The notes under the pieces are model-generated. The model saw nothing but the letters and a program-made list of their open reading frames with translations, searched no databases and had not been told where the DNA came from. A stretch of DNA of 64,000 nt, from positions 115,973 to 179,972 of the forward strand of contig CAZDXC010000001.1 of the NCBI GenBank assembly GCA_964509675.1, in the 5' to 3' direction. Numbering within the stretch: the first letter of the stretch is position 1; every line of letters starts with the position of its first letter. The DNA is from Candidatus Woesearchaeota archaeon. Lineage in GTDB: Archaea; Nanobdellota; Nanobdellia; Pacearchaeales; GW2011-AR1. This document shows positions 63,153 through 64,000 of the stretch, one piece after another. A program made the position numbers and the translations under genes.

Positions 63153-64000
63153 TTAACATCTCCTGTTAAAATTATCCAGCATTCTGAAAAATTCTTCCCT
63201 GTCCATAACCTTGTCGTTCTCTGAAAGCCCGATTTGCTCTGCAAATTTCCAGAATGCCTGTGGCTTATAACCCTGCTTTTTTAGTGATGCAATCGTAGGC
63301 AGTCTTTTGTCATCCCAACCAGAGTATTTTCCCTGCTCAATTCCCTTTCTCATTTTTGTGCTTGAAAATTCCATATTTTTGAAATGAAACTTTCCTAAAA
63401 AAGCTGTCCATGGAAACTTTCTTTTTAAGACATCAAAAATCATCTTCTGCCTTTCAGCATTATCTCTATGGTCCTTTGCTCTGATTATATGTGTCATTTT
63501 CATCTCAATATCATCTGCAGAAACAGCAAGATTCATCAAAGGCCAAACACGGTATTTAACTCCTTGCAAAGGATGTCTTGTTAAATTTATTCTTGCCAAA
63601 GGAAAATCCCTCATTGCAGGATTTTTATGTTTCATTGAAGATTTGAACCTGACAACTGCCTCTTCTTCCTTGTAACCTTTTTTATCGAGCATTTTTTTCC
63701 ATTTCATAATATTTTCCTTAACGCTATTATTTCTGCATGGACAGTTTTTCTTTTTCTCTACAAATCCTTTAAATTTTTCAGGAGAACATTCGCAAATATA
63801 AGCTGCTTTTTTATTAATCAGTTTCTCAATATATTTGTAATAAATTTCCATTCTTTCTGACTGAATAACAATCTTGGCAATTTTATCAAAAAGCCAGTCA
63901 GATTCTTTTTTAATCATCTTATAAGCAGGAACATAGATGTTTTCGGGGTTGGTATCTTCTATCCTTACATAAAACTTTCCCCCGTATTTTTTCACATACA
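63153..64000 (-). CDS. gltX: glutamyl-tRNA synthetase (class I), C-terminal part; the 5' end lies beyond the window edge
   Basis: FYVRIEDTNPE (the class I Glu/Gln-RS catalytic-domain signature) and a KMSKS-like KMRKG. The frame stays open to position 64000. Confidence 0.8.
   Translation of the reverse strand, partial: YVKKYGGKFYVRIEDTNPENIYVPAYKMIKKESDWLFDKIAKIVIQSERMEIYYKYIEKLINKKAAYICECSPEKFKGFVEKKKNCPCRNNSVKENIMKWKKMLDKKGYKEEEAVVRFKSSMKHKNPAMRDFPLARINLTRHPLQGVKYRVWPLMNLAVSADDIEMKMTHIIRAKDHRDNAERQKMIFDVLKRKFPWTAFLGKFHFKNMEFSSTKMRKGIEQGKYSGWDDKRLPTIASLKKQGYKPQAFWKFAEQIGLSENDKVMDREEFFRMLDNFNRRC

Overview
This is an AT-rich (about 30% GC) archaeal chromosome segment, most likely from a small-genome DPANN-like lineage. 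It is archaeal by several markers: an intron-containing tRNA, an archaeal DnaG, EF-1alpha/EF-2, RpoH/RpoE'/Spt4, and S24e/S27ae. The core is the classic minus-strand transcription-translation supercluster rpoH-rpoB-rpoA-nusA-rps12-rps7-fusA-tuf. In it rpoB is unsplit, rpoA'/A'' are fused into one 1164-aa ORF, L30e and S10 are absent, and several small unknown ORFs are inserted. Around it lie an nrdR-nrdJ (class II RNR) operon with a recognisable NrdR box, a NUDIX gene, thioredoxin, a PP-loop tRNA thiolase, a copA/TRASH copper cluster flanked by Cys-motif membrane proteins, and a minimal iscS-iscU Fe-S operon with an ArsR regulator. Further along are an Lhr helicase, an MFS transporter, two large repeat-containing surface proteins, PIN-domain genes, a frameshifted mazF/pemK-like toxin gene, an rpoE'-spt4-S24e-S27ae operon, scpA (with the smc 3' end at the window start), dph6, hisS beside an encoded-G(-1) tRNA-His, a U32 peptidase, an archaeal pilin and a partial gltX. 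Three tRNAs are called by hand: Lys-UUU with a 61-nt intron, Trp-CCA and His-GUG. The most unusual non-coding signal is a GC-rich element of about 35 nt (core ATGCGTATGCGTAAT, usually flanked by GCGAT/ATCGC and TTTTCAGTG). It occurs in the 5' leaders of four minus-strand genes, rps12, rpoA (three tandem copies in the rpoB-rpoA spacer), trx and iscS. There is no CRISPR array.
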